Source of the DNA: an uncultured Pelagibacteraceae bacterium | GTDB taxonomy: Bacteria; Pseudomonadota; Alphaproteobacteria; Pelagibacterales; Pelagibacteraceae | Assembly (NCBI GenBank): GCA_902605035.1 | Contig: CACLBB010000003.1 | Span: 30,054 to 94,053 of the forward strand | Reading direction: 5' to 3' | DNA length: 64,000 nt | Shown here: piece after piece, positions 49,873 to 59,673 of the stretch | Numbering within the stretch: the stretch's first letter is position 1 | Layout of the letters: each line of letters opens with the position of its first letter | Program-made: the position numbers and the translations under genes | Notes under the pieces: generated by a model | What the model was told of the DNA's origin: nothing | Database searches by the model: none | What the model saw: the letters and a program-made list of their open reading frames with translations, nothing else

Positions 49873-52392
49873 TTAGATTATATAATTAATAATTTTGTTT
49901 TTAATAAAAATAATTTTGGAAATTTTTTTATCAAGAATATATTTACTCACCTTCGAAGATTTTTTCGTAATTTTGACTACTTCAGACTCATTCATATCTT
50001 TATTCATTTCAATAATGTCTCTTGTTTTTCCATTAACCTGAACTGCAAAATTTATTTTCAAGTTTTCTAGTACTTTGGTCTCAATTTTAGGCCATATATT
50101 AACATCTTTACACTCCAATTTTACAAGACATTCATTAGCTAAATGAGGAGTAAAAGGTATCATTAGTTTTAAGATTTTTGTAAAACCCTCTACTAAAATT
50201 TTATTACCAATATCATTATTTATTGCTTCATTTAAAAATCTATAAGCCTCGTAGAATTGAGCAACAGCAACATTTAAATGGAAATTTTCTATAGTTTTAT
50301 CAATCTTAAAGCAGTAAAGATCAATTTTGTTTTTAAAAATTTTTTCTTTACTAATATCACCGTTTAATTTTTTTTTACTTATAATTATATTGGTTAAATT
50401 CCAAATTTTTTGTAAGAACTTACTTGCTGCATACACCCCTGTGTCAGACCACTGAATATCTTTCTCAGGCGGACTATCAGATAAAATAAACCATCTTACT
50501 GAGTCTGCACCATACTGTTTAATCATAGTCTCAGGATCAATAGTATTTTTTTTCGATTTAGACATTGATTCAGAAGGACCAACTTTTACATCAGTTTTTT
50601 TTAATTTATTTATTGCTTTTTTTTCATTTATTTTTTCTACCTCATCTGGATAGAGCCAATTTCCATCCAAATCTTTATATGTTTCATGACAAACCATTCC
50701 TTGAGTAAATAAATTTTTGAACGGCTCGGATGAGATAATATTTTTATCACATTGCTTCATAGCTTTCATAAAAAAACGTGAATATAATAAGTGTAAAATT
50801 GCATGTTCTATTCCTCCAATATATTGGTCAACTGGCATCCAATAATTTGTATCATTTATATTATAAGGAGTTTTGCTTTTAGGAGAACAAAATCTTATAA
50901 AATACCATGAAGAATCTACAAATGTGTCTAACGTATCAGTTTCCCTAATAGCTGGTTTTCCAGTTTTTTTGTGCACTGTGTTTTTCCAACTTGGATGATT
51001 GTTAAGAGGATTTCCAGAACTTTTAAGGTCAACATCTTCAGGAAGCATTATTGGAAGTTCACTCTTATCTACCGGAACAATTGATCCATCTTCTAAATAA
51101 ATCATTGGTATTGGGCATCCCCAATATCTTTGTCTTGAGACACCCCAATCCTTTAAACGAAATAAAGTTTGTTTTTTCCCTATTTTCTGAGAAACAATTT
51201 TTTCAATAATAGTATTTTTAGCTTTTACGATATCTAGGCCATTTAAAAAATCAGAATTGATCATTTTACCATTACCAGTATAGGCTTCTTTTAATTCACC
51301 GTTTTTTGTACTATTTTTATCATCAGAAACTACACGAATTATTGGTAAATTATATTTTTTAGCGAAATCAAAGTCTCTTTGATCATGAGCAGGGCATCCA
51401 AATATAGCACCATTTCCATAGTCCATTAGTACAAAGTTTGCCACATATATTGGAAGCGTTTTGTTTTTTATAAAAGGGTGCTCTACAAAAATATTAGTAT
51501 TTAAACCAATTTTTTCCGCATTAGCTAATGCTTCTTCAGTAGTCCCAATTTTTGAACATTTTTGTTTGAATTTTATAAAATTTTTGTCATTTAGAAATTT
51601 TTTACAAATTTCGTGATCAACTGAAACCGCAATAAAACTTGCTCCAAAAATTGTATCAGGGCGAGTAGTAAATATTTTTATATTTTTGTTTTCATCTTTA
51701 ATTTTGAATTCTAGCTCACATCCAATTGACTCACCTATCCAATTTTTTTGCATTAATTTAACTTTTTGAGGCCACCCAGGTAATTTTTCTAAGTCATCTA
51801 ATAATTCAGTTGAATATTTTGTAATATTCAAAAACCACTGAGATAATTTCTTTCTCTCTACAACGGCATTAGATCTCCAACCTCTTCCATTAATAACTTG
51901 TTCGTTAGCTAAGACAGTTTTTTCAATAGGATCCCAATTAACATAAGTTTCTTTTCTGGAAACTAAACCAGAATTATAAAAATCAATAAACATTTCTTGT
52001 TGATGTTTGTAATATTCAACATCACAAGTGGAAACCTCCAAATCCCAATCTATTGATAAACCTAACATTTGAAGTTGTTTCTTCATAATATCAATATTCT
52101 GTTCAGTCCATTTTTTTGGATTTAAATTGTTTAATCTTGCTGCATTTTCTGCAGGTAACCCAAAAGAGTCCCACCCCATTGGATGTAATACATTAAAACC
52201 TTTCATATACTTAAACCGGGCGATAACATCTCCTATGGTATAATTTCTAACATGACCCATGTGAATTTTTCCAGATGGATAAGGGAACATTTCTAAACAA
52301 TAAAATTTTTCACCTTTTTTATTATAAAGTTTTGAGGACTCAAATTTTTTTTGCCACTTTTTTTCAATTGCTTGAAAATTTACTCGTTCCAT
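49873..52392 (-). CDS. leuS: Leucine--tRNA ligase
   Basis: [41 protein letters not shown]. Confidence 0.99.
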   Translation of the reverse strand: MERVNFQAIEKKWQKKFESSKLYNKKGEKFYCLEMFPYPSGKIHMGHVRNYTIGDVIARFKYMKGFNVLHPMGWDSFGLPAENAARLNNLNPKKWTEQNIDIMKKQLQMLGLSIDWDLEVSTCDVEYYKHQQEMFIDFYNSGLVSRKETYVNWDPIEKTVLANEQVINGRGWRSNAVVERKKLSQWFLNITKYSTELLDDLEKLPGWPQKVKLMQKNWIGESIGCELEFKIKDENKNIKIFTTRPDTIFGASFIAVSVDHEICKKFLNDKNFIKFKQKCSKIGTTEEALANAEKIGLNTNIFVEHPFIKNKTLPIYVANFVLMDYGNGAIFGCPAHDQRDFDFAKKYNLPIIRVVSDDKNSTKNGELKEAYTGNGKMINSDFLNGLDIVKAKNTIIEKIVSQKIGKKQTLFRLKDWGVSRQRYWGCPIPMIYLEDGSIVPVDKSELPIMLPEDVDLKSSGNPLNNHPSWKNTVHKKTGKPAIRETDTLDTFVDSSWYFIRFCSPKSKTPYNINDTNYWMPVDQYIGGIEHAILHLLYSRFFMKAMKQCDKNIISSEPFKNLFTQGMVCHETYKDLDGNWLYPDEVEKINEKKAINKLKKTDVKVGPSESMSKSKKNTIDPETMIKQYGADSVRWFILSDSPPEKDIQWSDTGVYAASKFLQKIWNLTNIIISKKKLNGDISKEKIFKNKIDLYCFKIDKTIENFHLNVAVAQFYEAYRFLNEAINNDIGNKILVEGFTKILKLMIPFTPHLANECLVKLECKDVNIWPKIETKVLENLKINFAVQVNGKTRDIIEMNKDMNESEVVKITKKSSKVSKYILDKKISKIIFIKNKIINYII

Positions 52393-52399
52393 TTGAAAT

Positions 52400-52921
52400 T
52401 TATTTTTTCTTTTTTTTAGCTTCTTGCTCTAATAACGCAGCTTTTCTAATTATAGCACTTAATAGTTCTTGGCTTATTTTAGAATTATTTAGTAATGATA
52501 TTTTACAATTTTGATTTGAGTTACAAGTTCTTTTATGAACTATAACTTTTAAACTATCGCTTCTAACTTCATTAGAAAGAAATCTTAAAGACACTTTAAT
52601 AGACCCGTCGTTGCTGTTATCAGTGTACCAATCAGATATTATTACGCCACCTGAATAGTCCACAGTAGTCATTGGAAGAAAGTCTAAAATTTCTAAAGAA
52701 GCTCTCCACATTGGATTAGAGGTACTAAATTCGTAATTGGTTCCACCTTTGTTACCAAGAATATTTTGAATTGATGTACCTCTTCCTTCTTTAACATTTT
52801 GCTTTGCTCTTTCTTGCATGTTGACTGGCTTTTTTCTCAAATCAGTTTTTTTGAATCCTCCGCAACTCACAAGTGAAAATAAAAGAGTGAAAATAAGGAT
52901 CGATTTAATTAAATTAGTCAT
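52400..52921 (-). CDS. DUF3576-like lipoprotein
   Basis: Lipobox LVSC, N.MWRASLE.L.FLP...[10 protein letters not shown]; typical neighbour of leuS in alphaproteobacteria. Confidence 0.8.
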   Translation of the reverse strand: MTNLIKSILIFTLLFSLVSCGGFKKTDLRKKPVNMQERAKQNVKEGRGTSIQNILGNKGGTNYEFSTSNPMWRASLEILDFLPMTTVDYSGGVIISDWYTDNSNDGSIKVSLRFLSNEVRSDSLKVIVHKRTCNSNQNCKISLLNNSKISQELLSAIIRKAALLEQEAKKKKK

Positions 52922-53133
52922 TTTGTATTATTAAATTGTAAATAACATTGATCGAAAGTAAAAACTAATTATTTTAGGTAAATTTCCCATATATATCGCA
53001 GTTTTTTAGCTGTTGTATTTTTGCAACAAACGTTAAAAAACCTTTAGTTTTATGAATTCTTATTAGAAATCGTACTTTAATTCTAATATTTTCGGCCTAG
53101 TTAAATATTTAACTAATATAACAAAGGAAAAAC

Positions 53134-54201
53134 ATGAAAAACATAATCAAAACGTTAGGCGTTATGTTAGCTTCTATTTCTTTACTTGCTGTTTCAGCGA
53201 AAGCTGGAGAGTTAGCTGTTAGTGGTACTGCGAAAGCAACTTACAACATCTATCAAGGAAATGCACAAGGTAAAGGTTTAGGTGTAACAAACGAACTTAA
53301 CTTTACAGCGTCAGGTGAGTTGGACAATGGTTACACATGGTCATACTCAATGGAATTAGATCCAACTGATGCAGCTGCAAGTACAGCTAACAATGATGAC
53401 ACACAAATTAACCTTACGACACCGTACGGTAAATTTGGTATCATGATCATGGAAGGTGGACTAGATGCAGAAGATGCAGCGTCACAATCAGCTTACGGAA
53501 GACCAACTGACTCAGGTGACCCATCAAATACAACAGACAACTACTCAATTGATTCTTACAATAACGTAATGTACACGTCTCCAGCAGACTTGTTACCGTT
53601 AAGTACAGTAATCAAGTTAGCTTACGCACCAGACTTAGACGGTACACAAAACAGTGGTAACGCAGCTGGTCAAACGCTAACTGAAGGTACATCAGATTTC
53701 GTAGGTAGATCTATGACAGCTGCACGTATCGATATGACACCTATTGAAGGTTTAACAATTGGAGCATCTTACAACGAGTTTGATAAGGCAGGTGCTGCAA
53801 AAATGAACCAACAAGCAGAATCAGGTGCATATTACGGTGTATACACTATTGGTAATTTATCTGTAGGTTATTCAAAAGCTATGAGAGCTGACATGGTAGC
53901 AGATGGTAGTTTAGATTCAGCTACAGAAGTAGAAAGCTACGATCAAAGAAACATGTCTGCTGCTTTTGCATTCAATGATGAATTAACATTTTCTTACGAA
54001 GTTGAGAAATCAAGCAAAGAATTCCAATTGGATTCAGTTGCTGACATTGAGCAAAAATCAACAGGTATCCAGTTAGCTTACAATTTAGGTGGAGCTACTT
54101 TTGCATTGTCAAGAAATTCTCATGACAATGTAGGATACTCAACTGCAACAGATGGTAGAGACATAGACCAAACGTTGTTTGCACTTACTTTAGCGTTCTA
54201 A
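53134..54201 (+). CDS. Outer-membrane porin (likely major, highly expressed)
   Basis: Signal peptide ..SAKA|GEL, alternating beta strands, GELDNG motif, C-terminal LTLAF, biased codon usage (AAC, TAC, GGT), SD AAGGA. Confidence 0.88.
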   Translation: MKNIIKTLGVMLASISLLAVSAKAGELAVSGTAKATYNIYQGNAQGKGLGVTNELNFTASGELDNGYTWSYSMELDPTDAAASTANNDDTQINLTTPYGKFGIMIMEGGLDAEDAASQSAYGRPTDSGDPSNTTDNYSIDSYNNVMYTSPADLLPLSTVIKLAYAPDLDGTQNSGNAAGQTLTEGTSDFVGRSMTAARIDMTPIEGLTIGASYNEFDKAGAAKMNQQAESGAYYGVYTIGNLSVGYSKAMRADMVADGSLDSATEVESYDQRNMSAAFAFNDELTFSYEVEKSSKEFQLDSVADIEQKSTGIQLAYNLGGATFALSRNSHDNVGYSTATDGRDIDQTLFALTLAF

Positions 54202-54223
54202 TAACGTAAAGAGTAATACAAAA

Positions 54224-54799
54224 TTAAAAAAGCCGGCTAAATATTTTAGCCGGCTTTTTTTTTATTTCCGACATAATTGCGAAAGAGTCTGATTTAACTG
54301 AGAATAATTTATTCAAATTTGAGATTTTAATACCTCCAAGTGGGACTAGACTCTCTTTTCTTGATAATTTAAATAAATTAAACTTTGTTATTCCCATATG
54401 TCCTTTTTTATTATTATATTTAGTTCTAAATAATCTTGAAAAAATGATGTGTTTACAGCCTTGTAGTACCTTCAGATTTAGCTCTTTTACATTATGAGCT
54501 GAACCAATAATCTTATATTTTGAATTTTTATACTTGGTTAATTCTAAGTTAGTGTTGTAAGCTGAAATGTATAGCCCATCTGCTCCAATACTAGTCATTA
54601 ACTTACAATTATTAGATATATACAAGTCAATTTTTTTTGCCCTACAATATCTTCTAAATTTGATTAATTCATCTATATTATTTATCTTTTTTTTATTTCT
54701 ATAAATAATTATGAATTTATTAAGAATTTTTATATTATTTAGATTAATATCTTTGATATTTTCTATAATTAGGAAATATTTTTTTTTAACGGAAAACAT
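54224..54799 (-). CDS. Thiamine-phosphate synthase/TenI-like protein (divergent)
   Basis: ADGLYI, IGSAHN..E, IFSRLF.T, PLGGI TIM-barrel motifs. Confidence 0.75.
   Translation of the reverse strand: MFSVKKKYFLIIENIKDINLNNIKILNKFIIIYRNKKKINNIDELIKFRRYCRAKKIDLYISNNCKLMTSIGADGLYISAYNTNLELTKYKNSKYKIIGSAHNVKELNLKVLQGCKHIIFSRLFRTKYNNKKGHMGITKFNLFKLSRKESLVPLGGIKISNLNKLFSVKSDSFAIMSEIKKKPAKIFSRLF
54226..54263. terminator. Bidirectional rho-independent terminator after the porin
   Basis: AAAAAAGCCGGCTAAA-TAT-TTTAGCCGGCTTTTTTTTT perfect hairpin with A/T tails. Confidence 0.9.
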
Positions 54800-55450
54800 A
54801 TGAATATAATAGTTGAAAGGTACGAGAAAATAAAATCTAAAATAGCAAATGTCGATAGCAACAAGTTAGCAAAAATTGTTGCGGTAAGCAAAACTTTTAC
54901 TCTGGAGCACATTCAGCCTTTGATTGATCATGGACATATCCACTTTGGTGAAAATAAAGTTCAAGAAGCTGATGTTAAATGGAGCAATATAAAAAAAAAT
55001 AATAATAATTTAAAATTACATATGATTGGGAGACTACAAAGCAATAAAGCAAAAAAAGCAGTTGAGATATTTGACTACATCCATTCTGTAGATAGTCAAA
55101 AACTTGCAGACATCCTCACCAAAAGTCAAAATGCTTTAGAAAAATCTATTAATTACTTTATTCAAGTAAATATGGGAAGTGAGCAACAAAAATCAGGTAT
55201 TTCATATGATGAGGTTGATGCATTTTACAACTATTGTACCAGAGAAAATAAAATGAAAATTTTAGGACTAATGGCGATACCTCCAAATGATGATAATACA
55301 GAAAAATACTTTAAAAGTTTATCAGAATTAAATTTATCGCTTGGACTTAAAGAATTAAGCATGGGCATGAGTGCTGATTACATGTTGGCTGTTAGTCATA
55401 AAGCAACTTTTTTAAGAATTGGGAGCTCCATATTTGGAGAGAGAAGTTAG
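54800..55450 (+). CDS. yggS: PLP homeostasis protein YggS
   Basis: VAVSKT, FGENKVQE, HMIG.LQSNK, LSMGMS.DY, RIGSSIFG. Confidence 0.96.
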   Translation: MNIIVERYEKIKSKIANVDSNKLAKIVAVSKTFTLEHIQPLIDHGHIHFGENKVQEADVKWSNIKKNNNNLKLHMIGRLQSNKAKKAVEIFDYIHSVDSQKLADILTKSQNALEKSINYFIQVNMGSEQQKSGISYDEVDAFYNYCTRENKMKILGLMAIPPNDDNTEKYFKSLSELNLSLGLKELSMGMSADYMLAVSHKATFLRIGSSIFGERS

Positions 55451-55938
55451 GAAATTTTAACTACAGTTTTCTTATTTATTTTAGCAACAATATTTTTTAA
55501 ATGACTTTTTTTTATTGCTACACAGCCTGCAGTACTTTTGTAATTTTTTCTAGCGACATGTATAAAAATTGCGCTGCCTTTATTTTTATATATTGGATCC
55601 ATATTATAATTTAAAATAAGTATTAGATCGTAAATATTATCTTTTCTATAAAGTTTTTCAGCACTATAAAAAGAAGGTAATTTAACAAGTCTATTATAAT
55701 CATTGGAATTAGGATCATCGCACCATCCCATGTTTTTCTTAATGATGACTTTTTTTATATTTGATTTGAAGTTTGAAAGACGGTCATTTCTATAAAATAT
55801 GCATTTAATCTTAAATTTACCTTTGGGAGTGATTAAATCACCTTCTTTTTTTTTTACTCTTATTCCTCTTTTACCAATGGCACATTTTACTTTATAGTTA
55901 TCAATAATTAATTTTTTATTTTTAATAATAATATGCAT
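55447..55938 (-). CDS. L,D-transpeptidase (YkuD) family protein
   Basis: K.EGD..TP.G, WCDDP, GSAIFIH...TAGCVA catalytic His/Cys. Confidence 0.9.
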   Translation of the reverse strand: MHIIIKNKKLIIDNYKVKCAIGKRGIRVKKKEGDLITPKGKFKIKCIFYRNDRLSNFKSNIKKVIIKKNMGWCDDPNSNDYNRLVKLPSFYSAEKLYRKDNIYDLILILNYNMDPIYKNKGSAIFIHVARKNYKSTAGCVAIKKSHLKNIVAKINKKTVVKIS

Positions 55939-56556
55939 AAAATCAATGTATTAACTCTCGGTTCAAAAAACTTTAACACTTCCTTAGAAGAACTTAAAGA
56001 TTTTTTCAATTTTAATTTAAATTTTAATCTAGATAATGGTCTGTATGAAAATAAAAAATACGATGTTCTTTTAGTTCATGAAGACTATTTAGAGGAAGAA
56101 ACGATTAAAAAAAATTTGTTAGAAAGCAATTCAATTAAAATATTAATTACAAAGAAAAACCAGTCTATTCCAAAATTATTTAATTATAAAATATCTCTGC
56201 CAACTACTGTTAAAGAATTAAATGTTATAGTTGAAAATTCTATTGCTAAAAGAAATTTTAGTAAAAACTCATCAATTTTAATAAAAGGATACATATTAGA
56301 TAAGAATGAAAAAAAATTAATAAAAGATGATCTTTTTATATTATTAACTGAGAAAGAAATTCAACTTCTTGAATTATTTTTAAAAAGAAATAAATCTATA
56401 AATAAAGAATATATTTTAAAGGAAGTATGGAACTATGCAGAAGATGCAGATACCCATACTGTTGAAACTCATATTTATAGATTAAGAAAAAAAATTAAAG
56501 ATAAATTTTCTGATGATCATTTTATAGATAATAATAAAGCTGGATATACTTTATGA
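55933..56556 (+). CDS. OmpR-type winged-helix regulator, CenR-like, with degenerate receiver domain
   Basis: LTEKE..LL, EVWNY....DTHTVETHIYRLRKKI; divergent from the L,D-transpeptidase gene; receiver acidic pocket not recognisable. Confidence 0.8.
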   Translation: MHKINVLTLGSKNFNTSLEELKDFFNFNLNFNLDNGLYENKKYDVLLVHEDYLEEETIKKNLLESNSIKILITKKNQSIPKLFNYKISLPTTVKELNVIVENSIAKRNFSKNSSILIKGYILDKNEKKLIKDDLFILLTEKEIQLLELFLKRNKSINKEYILKEVWNYAEDADTHTVETHIYRLRKKIKDKFSDDHFIDNNKAGYTL

Positions 56557-56660
56557 AGAAAAGAAATAAGATTGCTCTTGATCTTTTTACAAAAAAATAT
56601 CGAAAACGAATTGTTAAGCCGAAAAAAGGCAAAGGAAGTTTCAAAAGAAGAAAAAAATAA
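56553..56660 (+). CDS. arfA: ArfA-like alternative ribosome rescue factor (35 aa), not in ORF track
   Basis: MKKRNKIALDLFTKKYRKRIVKPKKGKGSFKRRKK matches the ArfA signature N.I...L....(F/Y)R.R....KKGKGS(Y/F).RK; ATGA overlap with the upstream stop. Confidence 0.75.
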   Translation: MKKRNKIALDLFTKKYRKRIVKPKKGKGSFKRRKK

Positions 56661-56665
56661 ATTCT

Positions 56666-57592
56666 TTAAAGCCTCGCCCCGATAATTTGAATTACTTTAG
56701 AAGACATGTCTGTTCCGGTATTTAAACTTTCTTTCAAGGACTTTTTGTTAATATATCCATGAAGAAAACCTCCAGCAAATAAATCTCCTGCTCCAGTCAA
56801 ATCTTTAATCTTAAGATCTTTCTTAGCAGAACATTCAACAACTTCACCACCACTAATTGCTATAGCTCCTTTTTCTCCCCGAGTAATAATAAACAATTTA
56901 TTAAGTTCCTTTAAGAAATTAATTACTTCATCAAATTTTTCAACTTCAATTAAAGACATAATTTCTTGTTCATTTGCGAATGTAATATCAAGTTTATGTT
57001 TGACTAATTGTAAGAAATGGGTCTTGTGTCTCTCAACACAAAACAAATCTGACAATGACATTGCAACCTTGTTTGAGTTGTTAATTGCCTTTTCAAATGC
57101 TTTTTTAGGTTCACCTTCATCCCATAGATAACCTTCAAGAAATAAAATTTCGCTTTTTTTTACGGCACTAATGTCTAAATCGTTTTCACTAATTTTTCCT
57201 GCAGTTCCAAGAAAAGTCACCATAGTTCTTTCTGAGTCAGGTGTTATTAGAATTAAACAGGTTCCAGTAGGAATTTTTTCTTTTTTCTTTTTGTAAAAAT
57301 ATTTAACATTCTCTTTTTTTAATCCCTCCTCATACTTAGTTCCGAGTTCATCTTCATTTATTTTACCAATAAAACCAACCTCATTTCCTAATTGAGAGAG
57401 ACCTACTATAGAATTTGCGACAGAGCCACCTGAAACGGTTTCCTCTATTTTCAGGCTCGATAGCAATTTATGAAATTCACTTTCATCAACAAGTTTCATA
57501 GTACTTTTAGTTAATCTGTTATCAGTCAAAAAAGCTTCTTCAACTTTACAAATTACATCTACTATGGCGTTTCCAATACCTAAAACCTTCAT
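56666..57592 (-). CDS. Adenosine kinase / PfkB family carbohydrate kinase
   Basis: GIGNAIVD, SGGSVANS, ERTM.TFLG, EGYLWD, DLTGAGDLFAGGF. Confidence 0.92.
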   Translation of the reverse strand: MKVLGIGNAIVDVICKVEEAFLTDNRLTKSTMKLVDESEFHKLLSSLKIEETVSGGSVANSIVGLSQLGNEVGFIGKINEDELGTKYEEGLKKENVKYFYKKKKEKIPTGTCLILITPDSERTMVTFLGTAGKISENDLDISAVKKSEILFLEGYLWDEGEPKKAFEKAINNSNKVAMSLSDLFCVERHKTHFLQLVKHKLDITFANEQEIMSLIEVEKFDEVINFLKELNKLFIITRGEKGAIAISGGEVVECSAKKDLKIKDLTGAGDLFAGGFLHGYINKKSLKESLNTGTDMSSKVIQIIGARL

Positions 57593-57599
57593 CTAAAGA

Positions 57600-58253
57600 T
57601 TATGCTTTTTTTGTTTTAATTGGTTTTTTTCTATTTGGATAACAGCTTTTGCAAATTTTACAAGTTATTCCATAACAGTCTCTTGCTTTGCAATATTCTC
57701 TACCATACCAAATTATTTGTAAATGAAGCTTATTCCAATGTTTTCTTGGGAAAATTTTTTTCAAATCTTTTTCGGTTTGAACAACGTTTTTTCCACATGT
57801 TAAACCCCATCTTTGAGCTAATCTGTGAATATGTGTGTCTACTGGAAAAGCAGGATATCCAAAGCCTTGAGACATGATTACGCTAGCTGTTTTGTGACCA
57901 ACACCAGGTAGCTGTTCTAATTCTTCATAAGTTTTAGGAACTTTACCTTTATGTTTCTTAATTAAAGTTTTTGATAAATAATAAATACTTTTAGCCTTAA
58001 CTCTAAAAATTCCAATCTTTTTAATTAATTTTTCGATTCTTTTTCTTCCAAGTTTTACAAAATGTTTAGGTCGATTATATTTTGGATAGATTTTTTTAGT
58101 AACATTGTTAACATTAACATCCGTGCATTGTGCTGATAAAAGCACTGAGACTAAAAGTGTGAATGTATTCTTATAATTTAATGGAATAGGGACTTTAGGA
58201 TAAGTCTTGTTTAAAAGCTGAAGAATGATCTTTGATTTATCTTTGTTATTCAC
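57600..58253 (-). CDS. nth: Endonuclease III
   Basis: LLSAQCTD, LPGVGHKTA HhH, VDTHIHR, C-terminal Cys cluster. Confidence 0.95.
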   Translation of the reverse strand: MNNKDKSKIILQLLNKTYPKVPIPLNYKNTFTLLVSVLLSAQCTDVNVNNVTKKIYPKYNRPKHFVKLGRKRIEKLIKKIGIFRVKAKSIYYLSKTLIKKHKGKVPKTYEELEQLPGVGHKTASVIMSQGFGYPAFPVDTHIHRLAQRWGLTCGKNVVQTEKDLKKIFPRKHWNKLHLQIIWYGREYCKARDCYGITCKICKSCYPNRKKPIKTKKA

Positions 58254-58704
58254 CTTCTAACACTTTTCTTTTAGCTTTAGAATATTCTTCTCTTGTAAGA
58301 TCACCTGCTTTATACATATCTCTCAATAAACTTAATTGTCCAGCAACTGTTTCTGTTGAATTCCTTAAAATTTCAGAATTTACTAAATCTATATTTTTAC
58401 AATTCTTACTTTTCATTATTTTTATAAGGTGGTACGTTCTATCATTAGCTGCTTTTACTGCTTTATCTGCATTGTGAAATGTCGTAGCCATAGCTGGCCA
58501 AAAAATTAACATTCTGGCCATGTTACCGCCTGTATTATCTTTTTCATACAATGCGTCTCTTTTAAATTTTTGAGTTTCTGCTACTGAGTTTTCTAGTTCA
58601 TCACAACTTTTTTTTTCGTCCAATGGATTTTTAATTTCTACAACTTTTGGTGATGCACAGGAAAATATTAATAAGAAAACTATTAATGAAGATAAAATTT
58701 TCAC
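58246..58704 (-). CDS. Hypothetical lipoprotein with C-terminal SHOCT-like motif
   Basis: Lipobox IFSC; C-terminal L..L..MY..G.LT.EEY..AKRKVL. Confidence 0.78.
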   Translation of the reverse strand: MKILSSLIVFLLIFSCASPKVVEIKNPLDEKKSCDELENSVAETQKFKRDALYEKDNTGGNMARMLIFWPAMATTFHNADKAVKAANDRTYHLIKIMKSKNCKNIDLVNSEILRNSTETVAGQLSLLRDMYKAGDLTREEYSKAKRKVLEGE

Positions 58705-58724
58705 TTCTTTAATTTATTTAAAAT

Positions 58725-59501
58725 TTATTTAAAATTCAAAAGATTTCTCATAGAGTAAAGACCAGGTTTTTTACTCATTATCCATTTTGCAGCAGCTAAA
58801 GCCCCCTCGGAATATAAAGCTCGATCAAATGACTCGTGGTTTAGCGTTACAATCTCTTTACCGCTTGAGAATTTCACCTCATGTTCACCTACAATTGCTC
58901 CCTTTCTAATGGAATTAAAATTAATTTTTTTGCTGTAAGGGAAGGATTTTTTATTTAAGTATTTTTTTCCAAGCATTCCGTATAAATTTTTATTTTTACC
59001 TATAGCTATACCCTCTCCAAGCATAAGAGCAGTTCCAGACGGATAATCTTTTTTATCTTTATGATGAACTTCATATATTTTACTTAAAAAATCATTTCCA
59101 AGCAATTTAGATGCAATTTCTGTCAAATACATTAATAAATTTACACCTAAACTCATATTTCCTGCTTTAAAAATTGGTATTTTGCTTGAGAACTTTTGAA
59201 TAATTTTTTCTTGTTTTTTTGTAAAACCGGTTGTTCCAATCACAACTCTTTTTCTTAGTTGAACTGCAATTTTTAAAACTTCCAATGTACATTTAGGAAC
59301 CGTAAAATCTATAATTACATTTGCTTTTTTAAATGCTTGGGATGTATTCAGCTCTGGCTTTATTCCACCTATCTTTCTATTGATTCTTTTATTTTCTGTT
59401 AAAGATACTAATCTAAAGTTTTTATTTGATTTTGCTGATCTTATGAGTTTTTGCCCCATTCTTCCCATACACCCAGTTATAGCTAAATTTATTTTTTTCA
59501 T
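58725..59501 (-). CDS. dapB: 4-hydroxy-tetrahydrodipicolinate reductase
   Basis: GCMGRMG, IDFT.P, VIGTTG, NMSLGVN, EVHH..K.D.PSGTAL; start reassigned to ATG 59501 (MKKINLAITG). Confidence 0.96.
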   Translation of the reverse strand: MKKINLAITGCMGRMGQKLIRSAKSNKNFRLVSLTENKRINRKIGGIKPELNTSQAFKKANVIIDFTVPKCTLEVLKIAVQLRKRVVIGTTGFTKKQEKIIQKFSSKIPIFKAGNMSLGVNLLMYLTEIASKLLGNDFLSKIYEVHHKDKKDYPSGTALMLGEGIAIGKNKNLYGMLGKKYLNKKSFPYSKKINFNSIRKGAIVGEHEVKFSSGKEIVTLNHESFDRALYSEGALAAAKWIMSKKPGLYSMRNLLNFK

Positions 59502-59503
59502 TA

Positions 59504-59668
59504 TTAAATCAAATAAATAATTACAATAATAACAAGTACAATTATAGCCCAAATAAAAAGATTTTTAATAATTTCTTTTAGCTTATTATTTGTAGATAAA
59601 AACCCTGGCAGAATAAGTGCAAGTACTGCAACTAAAAAAATTGCAGACATTATTTGATCTGTTTCCAT
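59504..59668 (-). CDS. Small 2-TM membrane protein (54 aa), not in ORF track
   Basis: METDQIMSAIFLVAVLALILPGFLSTNNKLKEIIKNLFIWAIIVLVIIVIIYLI; fills the dnaJ-dapB gap with 5- and 2-nt spacers. Confidence 0.7.
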   Translation of the reverse strand: METDQIMSAIFLVAVLALILPGFLSTNNKLKEIIKNLFIWAIIVLVIIVIIYLI

Positions 59669-59673
59669 TTATT

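Noticed and set aside
50680-50695. parS-like TGTTTCATGACAAACC in leuS
   Set aside because: Only 12/16 match with a broken palindromic core; explained by the conserved MVCHET coding sequence.
59502-59552. Cys-rich N-terminal extension of DapB (MGYNCTCYYC...)
   Set aside because: Artefact of an upstream alternative start. The region belongs to the 54-aa ORF in another frame, and DapB starts at 59501.
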